A stretch of 63,574 bases of DNA, filler included, from Octopus bimaculoides (GCF_001194135.2; 7 parts of 7 records of this genome joined end to end with filler, not necessarily neighbours in it); one strand, 5' to 3'. Numbered from the whole stretch's first letter, positions 48,846 through 62,214 are shown. A program made the numbers and translations. Notes: generated by a model not told the origin, from the sequence alone.

Positions 48846-51220
48846 TGTTAGGAGTGAAAATACTTATGATCGTTTACCCAGCAAACAAAATATTTGACAA
48901 ACTATAGACAGGAACTTCCCTGCAGGATATTTAGTGAGCTGGTCAACAGAAAAAGGGACTTCCAGTTAGGCAGGAAAGGAGACTGAGACATTGGATGGTG
49001 AATCATATTCGCACTCACAGTGTGTAGCTGAATGAAGCACACACCGACACACTCTAGTTACTGATTGTTTTTGTGCATAACCCTAAGTGGTAACCCTGGT
49101 CAAAAGAACAACAGCCTTCATTTCACACACTGAAGTAGGAAATGTAAACATAGCCAGCAATTACACCACAGCACTGAAACTCCCACAATTCTGGCTGAAG
49201 CAGGCCAAGGTATGGTTCACACAGGTGGAAGAACAACTCAACATATGGAAGATCACCTCAGACCTAATGAAGTACTTCTATGTAGCAACAGCACTGGATG
49301 AGGACACAGCAAGGGAGCAAGACATTCTAACCCAACCCCCAGCAAGTCACAAATATGCTACTTTGAAAGAAACACTCATGGAAACAGTTCAGTTTAGTGA
49401 CCAGGAAGCAGCAGCCAGGATACTGGAGGAAGATTAAGCAATTCCAAGCCTTCTGAGCTCATGGATAGAATGCAGGCATTAGTGCCCCTGGTGAGTCACC
49501 TTCTTCTCTTGTCTAGAGATATTCCTCAGTTAATTACCACCTCAGGTCCAGTCCCTCATAACTCAGATCAAGATCAAGGACTTGCAGCTATTAGTGAAGG
49601 CAGCTGACAAGTATCTTTTGTCCAGTAGAGTTACATTCAATGCCATAAGGTCAGCCCCGAGACATGGTGAAGTTAAAGAAGACGACCAGTGTTTCCACCA
49701 TACAAAGTTTGGGACAAGGGATGCCAGATGTAAGCAACCATGTAGATTCAAGAGCCCTTTGCCAACAGTCCTGGGAAACCCCAAGGCCAGTTGCCATTGA
49801 ACATCCTGGTGGCCGGCAGACATGGTCAACTGCACTTGTATGTCCACGAAGATTCCTAATCAACACAGGAGCAGAAGTCAGTGTGATCCCAGCATCAGCA
49901 AGGGACACCTGTAATGAAAAGTGAAGTCAACTTTTAATGCTTTAATGGCTGCCAATGGCTCTTCAGTCAAAGCATATGGTCACCACATACTCTCTCTTCA
50001 TATTGACCCATAAGCATACACATGGGCATTCTCCATCACTGATGTCCATCAGCTTATTATCGGGGTGGACTTTCTTCGGGCACACTCACTACTGGTCAAT
50101 CTTCAGAGTAGAAGACTCATCAGCAACAACACATACACGACCATTTTTCTTACAACATCTTCAGATGCTGCCCCCCACCCCAAATAACAACCATCTCTCA
50201 GACCAAAAATGAATTCTCAAATCCCCTTGTGAGCTGCCTGAATCTCACTACCCTGACATTCTCCAAACCTACAGCTCACCATAGAGTGAACCACCAAATC
50301 CCCACAACTGATCCACCAGTGCACAGCTGCATATGTTGGCTATCACTAGACAAACTTGATACTGCAAAGGCTGAGTTTAACAATATGGAAGCTTTGCGCA
50401 TCATTCGCCGATCAAGCAGTTCCTCATTGTCAACCCTGCATGTGGCACCAAAACCCAACAGAGGTTGGCAGCCTTGTGGAGATTATCGCCATCTCAACAC
50501 AAACACAACACCTGACTGCTACCTAATTCCACACATGCAGTACTTCTCAGCCCAGCTTGCTGGGTGCTTAATTTTCTTGAAAGTTAACTTCATCCAAGTT
50601 TACTACCAAATACAGGTACAAGACAACGATGTACCTAAAACTGCTGTGATCACTCCTTTCAGGCTGTACAAATTTCTACATTCACCTTCCAGCCTAAAAA
50701 AAGCAAGGCACAATCCTTCCAATGCATGATAGACACTGATTGCCTGGGTCTCAATTCTGTTTTTGTGTACCTAGATGACATCTTTATCACAAGCCAAAAT
50801 GTGGAGTACACAAGAAGCACCTAGCAACCTGTTTTATAGACTATAACAATATGGTTTGGATATCAACCCCACCAAGTGCATCTTTGGTGTTAAGGAAATA
50901 GACTTCTTGGGACATTGAATCACAGGTGCCAGTGCTACACCCCTGCCAGAAAAAGTGAAACTTATCCTATCCTTCCCATGCCCCACCACAAATAAGGCTT
51001 TACACCAATTTGTGGGTATGGTAAATTTTTATCATCGTTTCATCCCCTTGACAGCAAGAATGATGAGACCTCTATACCATGCACTGTCAAAAGAGAGTTC
51101 CAAAAGACAGGAAGAGTGGGATAGAGCAATGAACTCAACCTTCAAATCCACAAAAGAAGCTCTTGCTAAAGCAACCATTCTTTCCTATCTTCATATGTCT
51201 GCATGGACTGCATGGGCATA
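48846..51220 (+). mobile_element. Gypsy/Ty3 LTR retrotransposon, 5' LTR-gag-PR-RT-partial RNase H, decayed and 3' truncated
   Basis: Putative LTR from tgttagg (48846) to about 49087; PBS-like tggtaaccctgg; LKLPQFWLKQAKVWFTQVE gag; FLINTGAEVSVIP protease; WQPCGDYRHLN..KTAVITPF..YLDDI RT. Confidence 0.9.
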
Positions 51221-51569
51221 AATGGATCTTATGCAGTTATTAATACAGGATGCTCAGGATATTTTCGGACTGTTTTCGTTTCTCATTTGTATTGCAATCA
51301 ATTGATCAACTGATTCCCCATATTTTCATGTGTATTTATTGTATCCCAATGGGGCATTGCCTAGATAAAGTTATGGCTTTCAGGACTGCAGGTCTATGGG
51401 CAGTGCAGTTCACAGTCTAGAAATTACAGTACACAAATGTATGTCATTTTTTTCCATGTTGATTATCTTGCATTTTATAGAAAACTGCAAATATCAAAAA
51501 AAAACTGTAAGGGAACCAGCATGTAAAATTTTTTTGAAAAGTTTGAGAACCACTGGTATAAAGCTTTTG

Positions 51570-52210
51570 GAATTCTTTGGTGCAACTGATCTAGCAATTT
51601 GCAGTACATACTTTAGGAAACCAACCATATCCATCAGAGCATATACACTTCATTCCTTCTCAGCCTTTGCATTCCAGGTTCTCTGCATTCAAGGTTCACA
51701 TCTCACTACCATGTAGCATCCATGTTCATATACAAGCATCATATAGTCTGCCCTTCACTCTCAGAAAGAAACCTTTGGCTACAAACAGAATAGCTCTCTG
51801 AATTTTTTCATTCCTGTTCTTATTCTCGCAACTATACTTTCAGATCAACCCCACCTACTGCTTATTAGGTCATTCAGGTAACAGAAGTTATCTACAGCCT
51901 CAAGTAAACCTCCTGAGCACTTGAGAATATAAATTTCCTCAGTGTTCTTAGTGCTTATTGCCCCTGCACATCTGCCACATACAAAGTCTACTTTTTCCAT
52001 TAAGCTTCTTGTGATCTCATTGCATACATCTTGTGCATTTATAGCTTGCACTTGGTACACCAAACAGAATTTCTACCAACTTTTCACTATACTAAGCAGG
52101 GCCATTGACCAAAAGGAAGTCCTGTCTGTTTTCCTGCTCACAAGAACTTTAGCCTTTTGATTCCAGATTTTGCTTTCATACCTGGAATTTCTTTTCTAAT
52201 TCTACTCCAG
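51570..52210. mobile_element. Mixed RTE fragments in both orientations
   Basis: LLEFFGATDLAICSTYFRK (+) and LEAVDNFCYLNDLIS (-). Confidence 0.7.
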
Positions 52211-53412
52211 ATTCTGCAGCAAGAATAGGTCATTAGCATGTATATATGTGTGTATATATATATGTATATGTGTCTGTATATGTGCATGGATGTGAGTGTG
52301 TCTGAATCAGTATGTATGTGTATGTAATTATGCATGCCCCAGCATGGCTACATTCTAATGACTGAAACAAGAAAAATGAAAAATAAGGCATTGGAAGGAC
52401 GATGCATACCCTGCATGCAGATATAATTTTTTTTGCAAATTATAGTGTAGCTTACAATGCATTGCTTACCCATGCTTGTTAATTGAACTGAATTAAGCTT
52501 TTTTGACTAAACTTGCTTATCAGGAAATTTGTAAAAAGTTCAATTTAAAAATTTGTCATTTTGAACCACTCATCCAATGAGTATTTCTGCCAAATTTGGT
52601 GAAAATAATTTCAGCCATTTCCCAGTAATTTTGCAAACACACAGACAAACAGAAAAAGACGAGTGATTACAATGTGTAAGTGAAATCACTTGTCTTACAC
52701 ATGCAGGATAATGAAAGGAAAAAAATATGTATGCATACATATGTATACGTATATGTATAAATACATATACTTGTATGTGTGCATATGTATGTTGGTGCAT
52801 ATATGCTCTGATGGATGTGTGCATTTATTTGTGCACCCATATGAGTAAGTTTATTTGTGCTGACTATGTAGGTGTATATTATATGTGTGTGTATATGTGT
52901 GTGGTGGGGTGTGCTTGTGCATGAGTCTGTATGTGGTTTTATGTCCTTTATATTAGATATGCATTTATTTCTTTATGTTTGCTCCAAACTGATCTATAGC
53001 ATCCTGACCACTAGCTATCAGTCACTCAGCCTTCCTTTGGTGGTCCTACTAGCTCCTTTTTCTTTTTCTCTCCCCCACCCCTTCTCACTTTCACTCTCAC
53101 ATTTTGATTTTAAAAGAGGCATGACATTGTTCAAACTTCTTTGATGTGATGCTTTGTTATTTATGTGACCTGCAAAATTTGATCATTTGCATAATGGGAA
53201 AAGTATATAAATCTGAAACCTAAAAATAAATTGTTGTATTTATGACAAGACACCAATGAAGTAAAATGCATGATTGTATAATGTTTTTACATTATTATGT
53301 GATTATTTTGGCATTTTGATGAAACATGTGTATGTCCTATAAAGTTTTGAATACCATACCTGTTTTCTGCTTATTTTTTCCTATTATTTGGCTCATATTC
53401 CATACTCTAGCC

Positions 53413-53655
53413 CAGTGGTTCTCAACAATTTTTTGCTTGTGGACCACTTTGATTCCTATTTTTCCATAGCCATTTGAAGTTTAAAAAAAATCCCATTATA
53501 TTTTTATAATTACATATTATTAAGAACTGTATAAAAGGATTGTCAAAATATTTGGTATATTGTAGAAGTATATCTAATTTATTACACATAATTTTTAACA
53601 ACTAAATCTTGTATGGATCCCCAAGGATCATGTGAACCCCAGCTGCAAACCACTG
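53413..53655. mobile_element. hAT (Charlie-type) MITE, 243 bp
   Basis: TIRs cagtggttctcaac / gctgcaaaccactg; 8-bp TSD ctctagcc / ctatagcc (7 of 8). The right end of a related element is at about 51545-51556. Confidence 0.85.
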
Positions 53656-54799
53656 CTATAGCCTATCCTGAATTTAGTGCCCTGCAATATTGGATAATAA
53701 AGTAGATTGTGAAACCCACTACTTAACCCAAATTTGGATGCATGTCACATTCTACTATGCCTTACCTGCTTCTGATTACATATAAGAAAATAGAATGACA
53801 AGGAAATAAACAATTATCTTATGAACTTCATTAGCTTACAGCTGTTTCTGATATAAGATGTAGTAGGTTCATAGTTGAATGCCTGAGTAACACCTTATAG
53901 CGTCATTGGAGACTCAAATATGAAGTGCAATTTATTTGAGAAAACCAATGATATTTATGCATATACACAGAAAAGCATTACCAATGAGAAAATATGTTTG
54001 TGGGAAATGAAATCCAAGAGCTCCGCCCAAATTAGAATAAGATTAATGTTAAAGTGTGTATAAGGATAAGAATACTGAAATGTAGAGAAACAGTAATTAG
54101 ATCATTTATCTATTTGTTTTACAAGATTCCTGGTGTGAAATCGTGTTTTGAAAAAGATAATGTTATATTTCAGAATGGTTGTTTTTTTGTTTTTTCGTTT
54201 TTTTTTTACCAAATAATTACATGCACAATGTATTCGTTCTTCACTTCAGATTTATTATTGTTCTTATTTTATTTTCCTTTGTCTGAAAATCTTTTGTCAC
54301 ACATCCTGTGACCTCTTCAGTGACTTTCCATCCCACGTACTTCCTCGTGTTCTGTTTTGTCCATTCTGTCCTTCTATGGTGTATATCCTTATCTGCGCAT
54401 GCATTTGCACCAGTACTTGTGTGTGTGTGTGTGTGTGTGTGTGTGCATGTGTGCGTGTTTGTGCACACGTGCGTGTGTGCATGTGTGTGTGTCTATGTGC
54501 TTTGTATGTGTGTTTTTTGTGTGTGTTTATGGGTTTGTTTATATAGTTTGAGCCCATGCCCTTTATTTAGATTTTTTTCCATTTATTTTTTTTTCTCATT
54601 CCATCTTAAGAGTGTGCATGTGTGGGTGTATATGTAGGGTTATGTATTATACTGTTTGTATCAGTGTCTTTTTTTCTCAGTTTGCATCACTCTCTTTTTT
54701 CTTCAGTTGTTATGTTGTGTAGTGTGATGGTGGGGTGTTATTGTCCTATTCGTGTTTACTGTTGAGGTTTGGTCTGTCTACTACTATGTGTGTGTTGCC

Positions 54800-55430
54800 T
54801 CTGTAATATGTCTAAGTATCATATCTGTCCTATGCATTGATAATACCTTAACATCTATCTTATTAATGAAGCTTCTATATTCTAACTGAGCATGTTGGTA
54901 GAAAACTGAAAAGTTTTTCTCTTTGAGCTCCTGCCAGTGTTCACCTATCTACTCTCCTATGCTATATGATGTTTCCCTAATGTATGTTGTTGTCTTATTT
55001 CTGCACTGTCCCTCAGTACACCATGTGCTATAGACTACATTCTTAATTTACAGTTAACTTGTGAGTTCATCCTACGTACTATACAGTTGTTCTCCATACA
55101 TAGTGACCTTTCAAATGGATAAGTTCTGCAGATCAGGGTTTTTATGGAGGCTCCTGATCTTTCTACTACTTTGATACGTAGATTTACCTTATCTAATATT
55201 TTCTTAAAAAGATATGCTAGTTTGCCACCAGGGGTAGCATCAACAAACATGACACTCTGGTAGTTTTGGTTGTCATAACATGAGTTAGTGTTATCTATCT
55301 TCTTCTTGGTCCTTTCTATGCTATTCCAGGATTTACTCCTTATAGTAGGCAGATCCCCTTTGCCTGATTCTCTATGATGGCCTTATACTTAGCCTTGGCT
55401 CCTTTGTACACTCTAATCCTGTCCTTTTAT
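54800..55430 (-). mobile_element. Penelope-like fragment (linker plus GIY-YIG), third family
   Basis: MFVDATPGGKLA..IKVVERSG.SIK..C..C then VVYSTWC..TYIRETS..IGEH. Confidence 0.75.
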
Positions 55431-56130
55431 ATAAGTATATATATACATATATACACACACAGATAGATAGGTATTCTTGGAGATATCGATAAAAAAACTG
55501 ATGCAAGATCAGAGATTATGAAGGAAGGAAAGAGAGAGAGAGAGAGAGAGAGAGAAAGAAAAGAAGGAGGAAATATTGTAGAGAGAAGGAGAAAGCAAAA
55601 CGTTTGGGGATCATTAAAGACTTTTCTAGATGAAAGTTTTAGTCAGAATGTCACTTAGGGGAGGGCAGGGAGGAACAATATATGTGTGAATGTCTGTGTG
55701 TACTGATAAAGGGAGAAAGGGAACAGTCATAAAAGGCAGGTTTTGATAGATAGTATACAGACAAAGTAAGTGCCCATATATATCAGAATATATACTTAAA
55801 AATACTGAAATATATATGCAAACTCTGTCTCTTTCCACTTTTGGTCACTTCAGCCATGTAACCACACATGTGCTGTTGGTGATATTTTACATTGTCTGGA
55901 CTTTTCCATTTCCATTTCTCTTATGCTTGAAACGTCAAAAATCCTCTCTTTTTCCACTTTTACTGAGCAGTAAACTAATGCATTCCATGTGCATGTCCTC
56001 TTGTTGTTCTGTTATTGTTAATTTTGTTAAATTTGATTATATGCACACACACACACATACACACACAGATATATATACACACATGCATACACACATGCAC
56101 ACACACACACATATACATATATACACATAT

Positions 56131-56515
56131 ATTAGTTGGTACTCCGTCGCTTACGACATCGAGGGTTCCAGTTGATCCAATCAACGGAACAGCCTGCTCG
56201 TGAAATTAACGTGCAAGTGGCTGAGCACTCCACAGACACGTGTACCCTTAACGTAGTTCTCGAGGATGTTCAGCATGACACAGTGTGACAAGGCTGACCC
56301 TTTGAATTACAGACACAACAGAAACAGGAAGTAAGAGTGAGAGAAAGTTGTGGTGGAAGAGTACAGCAGGGTTCGCCACCATCCCCTGCCGGAGCCTTGT
56401 GGTGCTTTAGGTGTTTTCACTCAATAAACACTCACAACGCCCGGTCTGGGAATCAAAACCGTGATTCTATGACCGCGAGTCCGCTTCCCTAACCACTGGG
56501 CCATTGCGCCTCCAC
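56131..56515 (-). mobile_element. Full-length tRNA-derived SINE, distinct family (about 385 bp)
   Basis: Minus strand starts gtggaggcgcaatggcccagtggttaggg (A box)..ggttttgattccc (B-box-like), followed by an unrelated body. Confidence 0.85.
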
Positions 56516-56589
56516 TTACACATATATACATATATATAAAACCCATATAGATTTATACACATTCATATCAATACTTACATATACATGTA

Positions 56590-56963
56590 CATATATATAT
56601 ATATTTATAAACTTATAATTAATTATTAATTATAATTGAGGGTACACGAAGTACCAGCATTGCAAGAAATAAGAGTCGAAAAATACTCAAATAAGCCACC
56701 ATTTCACTGAAAATATACCAGGCTGATGAAAATTGAGGGACAAACAAAATTTAATTTACCATTGCAACTGAAAGTTGCAAATGATGATCACAGATATACC
56801 AATATCATGTGATTTCAAACTTTGAGATATTTCCCTTAGTTCTGATCAGTAGGTCTCACTGTAAGCCAAGGGTTAAATTTGTTCACTTCATGCTTGTCAA
56901 AATCGTTGAAAGATCAGTACCAAATTTAAATGATATCAGTGCATAATTATACATAAATAAAGA

Positions 56964-57006
<43 letters not shown>

Positions 57007-57520
57007 AAATGATAACAACAATAATATAAGAGGTCAGCAAGCATTAAAACCAAAATGGCAAATTTATTTATTTATAATTAATGATTGATTATAACCGAGG
57101 GTACATGAAGTACCAGCATTGCTATAAATAAAAGTAAAAAAAATAAGCCACCATGTATAATTAAACACTGATATCGTTTGAATTTGACATTGGTCTTTCA
57201 ACGATTTTGGCAGGCATGTGATATAGGTACATCTGTGATATAGGTACATCACATGATATAGGTATATCTGTGATCCTCATTTGCGACTTTTAGCTGCAAT
57301 GGTAAGTTAAATTTTGCTTGTCCTTCGGTTTTCATCAGCCTATTGTATTTTCAGTGAAATGGTGGCTTATCTGAGTATTTTTCAACTCTTATTTCTAGCA
57401 ACACTAATACTTTATGTGCTCTCAATCATAATTAATATTTAATTATAAATTTATAAATTTGCCATTTTGGCTTTAATGCGTGCTGGCCAATTATATTATT
57501 ATTGTTATTATTTATTAATC
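56590..57520. repeat. Nested inverted repeats (foldback/MITE-like)
   Basis: 56600-56815 is the reverse complement of about 57250-57460; 56885-56955 of 57150-57215; 57000-57145 of 57375-57520. Confidence 0.85.
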
Positions 57521-57772
57521 ATCATCATCATCATCATCATCGTTTAACATCCGCTTTCCATGCTAGCATGGGTTGGACGATTTGACTGAGGACTGGTGAA
57601 ACCGGATGGCTACACCAGGCTCCAATCTAAATTTGGCAGAGTTTCTACAGCTGGATGCCCTTCCTAACGCCAACCACTCAGAGAGTGTAGTAGGTGCTTT
57701 TACGTGTCACCTGCACGAAGGCCAGTCAGGCGATACTGGCAACGGCCACGCTCGATATGGTGTCTTTTATGT
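57520..57772 (-). mobile_element. Young RTE 3' UTR copy, cut by a contig end
   Basis: Family sequence with (CAT)n on +. Confidence 0.92.
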
Positions 57773-57872
57773 NNNNNNNNNNNNNNNNNNNNNNNNNNNN
57801 NNNNNNNNNNNNNNNNTTAATTAATTAANNNNNNNNNNNNNNNNNNNNNNNNNNNNNNNNNNNNNNNNNNNN
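57773..57872. other. Artificial scaffold join
   Basis: 44N-TTAATTAATTAA-44N. Confidence 0.97.
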
Positions 57873-59846
57873 TTTCCCAGGATGGCCTTGAGAATTGTTG
57901 CCATAATTTTTGGCACCGAATTCAGCCCATACCCCAGCCTGGTCAAACAGTATGTCCGGCCCTTATACCTGACAAGCTGATGCTTCCACAGTCTCTCAGC
58001 CACATACACCTGCAGGTATGCCGACTTCAAATTGATGATCGTGGAGGCCCCTGTCATCTGCCTCCATTCTCTCAAGGTGTCCCCGCAGACATCTGTGGCC
58101 TTGCCGCCCGTATGACATGATATGTGGTCATTCAGCTCTCGGAAGTCAAGCACTGATCTGACCTTATGCTTTGTGGGCTATACCACCGCCATCAGCGGCA
58201 GGACTCCGCTCTCTACTTCTTCTTCCCAAGGGATCAATATGCCCTCCTTAATCCACTGCTCCACCTCCCCCTCAAACTCGCTTCTGGCATCGCCTTTCAA
58301 AGTATGCTGGTAGCAGCCCGCTTTATTTTTTAACGTTGGGGGCTCTCCCCTCCAGTGCCACTCCACTGTCCACCTCTGGCCATCGAAGGCAGCACGAAAA
58401 TCCTAGTCTTCAATGGTGTGCGCGGCATAGTTTTCTTTGCGGTTCTCACCAAAGCATGGTGTCGCCATACNNNNNNNNNNNNNNNNNNNNNNNNNNNNNN
58501 NNNNNNNNNNNNNNNNNNNNNNNNNNNNNNNNNNNNNNNNNNNNNNNNNNNNNNNNNNNNNNNNNNNNNNNNNNNNNNNNNNNNNNNNNNNNNNNNNNNN
58601 NNNNNNNNNNNNNNNNNNNNNNNNNNNNNNNNNNNNNNNNNNNNNNNNNNNNNNNNNNNNNNNNNNNNNNNNNNNNNNNNNNNNNNNNNNNNNNNNNNNN
58701 NNNNNNNNNNNNNNNNNNNNNNNNNNNNNNNNNNNNNNNNNNNNNNNNNNNNNNNNNNNNNNNNNNNNNNNNNNNNNNNNNNNNNNNNNNNNNNNNNNNN
58801 NNNNNNNNNNNNNNNNNNNNNNNNNNNNNNNNNNNNNNNNNNNNNNNNNNNNNNNNNNNNNNNNNNNNNNNNNNNNNNNNNNNNNNNNNNNNNNNNNNNN
58901 NNNNNNNNNNNNNNNNNNNNNNNNNNNNNNNNNNNNNNNNNNNNNNNNNNNNNNNNNNNNNNNNNNNNNNNNNNNNNNNNNNNNNNNNNNNNNNNNNNNN
59001 NNNNNNNNNNNNNNNNNNNNNNNNNNNNNNNNNNNNNNNNNNNNNNNNNNNNNNNNNNNNNNNNNNNNNNNNNNNNNNNNNNNNNNNNNNNNNNNNNNNN
59101 NNNNNNNNNNNNNNNNNNNNNNNNNNNNNNNNNNNNNNNNNNNNNNNNNNNNNNNNNNNNNNNNNNNNNNNNNNNNNNNNNNNNNNNNNNNNNNNNNNNN
59201 NNNNNNNNNNNNNNNNNNNNNNNNNNNNNNNNNNNNNNNNNNNNNNNNNNNNNNNNNNNNNNNNNNNNNNNNNNNNNNNNNNNNNNNNNNNNNNNNNNNN
59301 NNNNCATCAAGCAGATTTCTATTTTTTCCGCGCTAAGTTGGTCCCTCTCTTCCATCTCTAAGAATAGTGCCAACGACGGACCATCTAAGTACAGTGGTAA
59401 AAAGCTTGCTAAGTCGCCTATCCTGTGGAGCTTCGCGACCAGCTTCATCTTTTTTAGCCACGCGACCACGTCCGTGTCACCGCAAAACGGCTTAATCACA
59501 TCGCTCAAAATCCGGACTACACTCATAATTTTTTTTGTTTTTTAATTTCTTTGCTATGGGCTGAAATAGTTTCTGGTGTGATGGAGGAAAAAGACAACAA
59601 GAAGCAAAAGGACAGAATGAAACACTAGGACCTTACCTCGTCAACCGAGGCGGAGTAAACGATCACTACAGATCAAAACACATCTTCCTCGTAATCTCTC
59701 TGTCTTCTGACTGACACCACATGCTGGCATTCGACCACATGTATCTAACTTCCGGTCTGGCCCTTCTGGTCTGACCCTTCCGGTCTGGCTTCACTTCCAT
59801 TTGCTTCATCTCTCTCCACCAACAGCACATAGCTCATCACAGCCCA
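57873..59846 (-). mobile_element. Gypsy-like LTR retrotransposon 5' half (LTR about 59557-59846, gag, RT) spanning gap 58471-59304
   Basis: gag MSVVRILSDVIKPFCGDTDVVAWLKKMKLVAKL..ASFLPLYLDG; RT GVLPLMAVV..VLDFRELN..NLKSAYLQ..LTRLGYGLNSVP; GC-richer than the flanks. Confidence 0.8.
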
Positions 59847-60000
59847 TAATACCACATATACTTACATATATATGTATACATATATATATATATGTATACA
59901 TATATATATATATATATATACATATATATACATATATATATATATGTATACATATATATATATACATATTATATATATATGCATACATATATATGTATAC

Positions 60001-60032
<32 letters not shown>

Positions 60033-60132
60033 NNNNNNNNNNNNNNNNNNNNNNNNNNNNNNNNNNNNNNNNNNNNTTAATTAATTAANNNNNNNNNNNN
60101 NNNNNNNNNNNNNNNNNNNNNNNNNNNNNNNN
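60033..60132. other. Artificial scaffold join
   Basis: 44N-TTAATTAATTAA-44N. Confidence 0.97.
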
Positions 60133-60439
60133 GACTGAATTTCTCCTTTTCATTGAGTACCTAGCGAAGTACCCCTCCTTGAGTAATTACTACTTCTGAG
60201 GTTTTGTTAGCTAGGAAACATATAACTTGGATCTTACCTACTCCATTCTCTAAATTTGAATTTCTATTCGCATACACAATTAACGCTAGTTGCAAACCGT
60301 GAACTATGAAATAACGTTTGTGAGCTTTCGATATAGAAAAAATTTACAACCTTCTACGTCAATAAACCACTATTGTTCCTGAAAGTTGTTTTCTACACCT
60401 TCTATGGACTGCTCGAAGCTTACTAACTTCCTACTGCTT

Positions 60440-60670
60440 GATCCTGAGTTCAAATTCCGCCGAAGTCGACTTTACTTTTCATCCTTTCGGGGCCGCTAAA
60501 ATGAATACCAATTGAATATTCGGATTGATGTAATTGATTAACCCCCTCCCCTTGTGGCAAAATCGAAACCGTTATTATTATTAAGGCAGCAAGCTGACAG
60601 AGTCGTTAGAACGCCGAACGAAATGCTTAGCGGTATTTCGTCTGTGTGACACCGGTTGAAATGCTTAGCG
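60440..60670 (+). mobile_element. tRNA-derived SINE pieces (3' part plus a new head)
   Basis: gagttcaaattccgccgaagtcgac.. then (att)n aaggcagcaagctgacagag. Confidence 0.8.
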
Positions 60671-62096
60671 GTGTAACGGCTCCGTGAGTTTGGATTTATT
60701 AGTAATTATTTGGGTGCCTTTGTATAGTAAGTGCAAGTTTCTATTGACTGTTTTTGTGTTATTTCCTGTCTTCTTTCGAAAACTATCGTGTGTTTTCCCT
60801 TGTGGGGGAAACATTTATTGCTGGCAAGATGCCGAATACTGTATCTTCGTTTGGCGAAGAGTCAACCGATGGAAAAAATATTGAAAGTTTATTGTTTGGA
60901 GATGTTTCAGATTCTTCTGAAGGTGAATCGCCAAAACCAACGAATTCTACTGTGAAAAGCCTTCAAACAGAAGGAAAACAAAAAATAAGTTTTGCGTCGG
61001 CGGCTGGAGGTGGAACACGCCAGCTGTCGACGAATAAAAAGGACTTACTAATGTACAAAGACATGATTACAATTCAAGACGGTGTTGTCAAGGTTCAACT
61101 CCCAGAAGATTATTTATTGTCAGTAAAGAAGAAAACCATCATGTACAAGACATTCTGTAAAAAAGAAAAAAAAATTAGCGAGTAAGCGAGGAGAGGGTGG
61201 GAAAATGTTTGAAATCCATCTGGCAGGATATCACATATCTGACCAGAGGTAAAAAGTTCGGTACCATCGAAGTACAACTAAAAAATATTGAAACGGCACA
61301 GATGCACTCGATAAATTCATTGGAAACAGAAGATTTAATTCTAATACCTATATACATGGGTATGAGGACTGCCAACATACGAATAACAAAGGTCCCTCCT
61401 AAAGTCGACCCTATGTGGTTGATGGCGGCAGTCCTGTCAAAAAAAATAAAGGAGATAAATATCCTTCATGTTAACGTCTCTGAAAAGGCAAATTGGACCG
61501 GCCACATGGTCCACTTCATTATACAAACGGAACAAACTGTTTTAGAACAGCTTCCAGAAAAAATAGAAGTTGGGGAGAAGTTGTTCCTCAACGTTTTTGT
61601 CGGGGGGCGTAAAACCCGATGTTTTCAGTGTGGTCAGATAGGCCATATAAAAAAATACTGTAAGGAAGGCGAGGAGGAATCTGAAGGTGAGGAGGAAGAG
61701 AAAGATAAAGAAACCGAAGAAAAGAAAATTACCAGCAACAAGTAGAACAACGACCAACAAAAGCAGCAAAAAGAAACCGACCACAAATAACAAGGAAAGA
61801 AGTGGAGGACAGAGGGATAGTAGCACTTCACAGCAAAAATGTTGATTTAATGAGAGAAATAAAAACAAAAAAATCAGCCACCAGAATAGCAGAACTGTCT
61901 GAAAAATTTCAAAATTATGAACTATACGAAATGGATACAAAGACTCATAAGATTTTATTAAATACATACAGAACGTCTGTATCGGCAATGAGACTGGAAT
62001 TTAACCAGTCCATTTTTCAAGACTTGCCACCTCCGACCCTATGTCAACAAAAGGTGGAGAGTCCCTCTCCACCGGACAAGCCCTGATTAACAGGTA
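60671..62096 (+). mobile_element. 5' end of an L1/Tx1-like non-LTR retrotransposon: 5' UTR and frameshifted ORF1 with CCHC zinc knuckle
   Basis: ATG at 60829; frameshift in the poly-A near 61170; RRM-like region; RCFQCGQIGHIKKYC (CX2CX4HX4C) at about 61618-61660; acidic/basic tail. Confidence 0.8.
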
Positions 62097-62196
62097 NNNN
62101 NNNNNNNNNNNNNNNNNNNNNNNNNNNNNNNNNNNNNNNNTTAATTAATTAANNNNNNNNNNNNNNNNNNNNNNNNNNNNNNNNNNNNNNNNNNNN
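62097..62196. other. Artificial scaffold join
   Basis: 44N-TTAATTAATTAA-44N. Confidence 0.97.
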
Positions 62197-62214
62197 CATA
62201 TATATATAAACACA

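Noticed and set aside
41050-57772. Next FANCI exon (human SVHSWDHVTQGLVELG..)
   Set aside because: I scanned the non-repeat stretches by eye and found no match; the contig ends at 42231.
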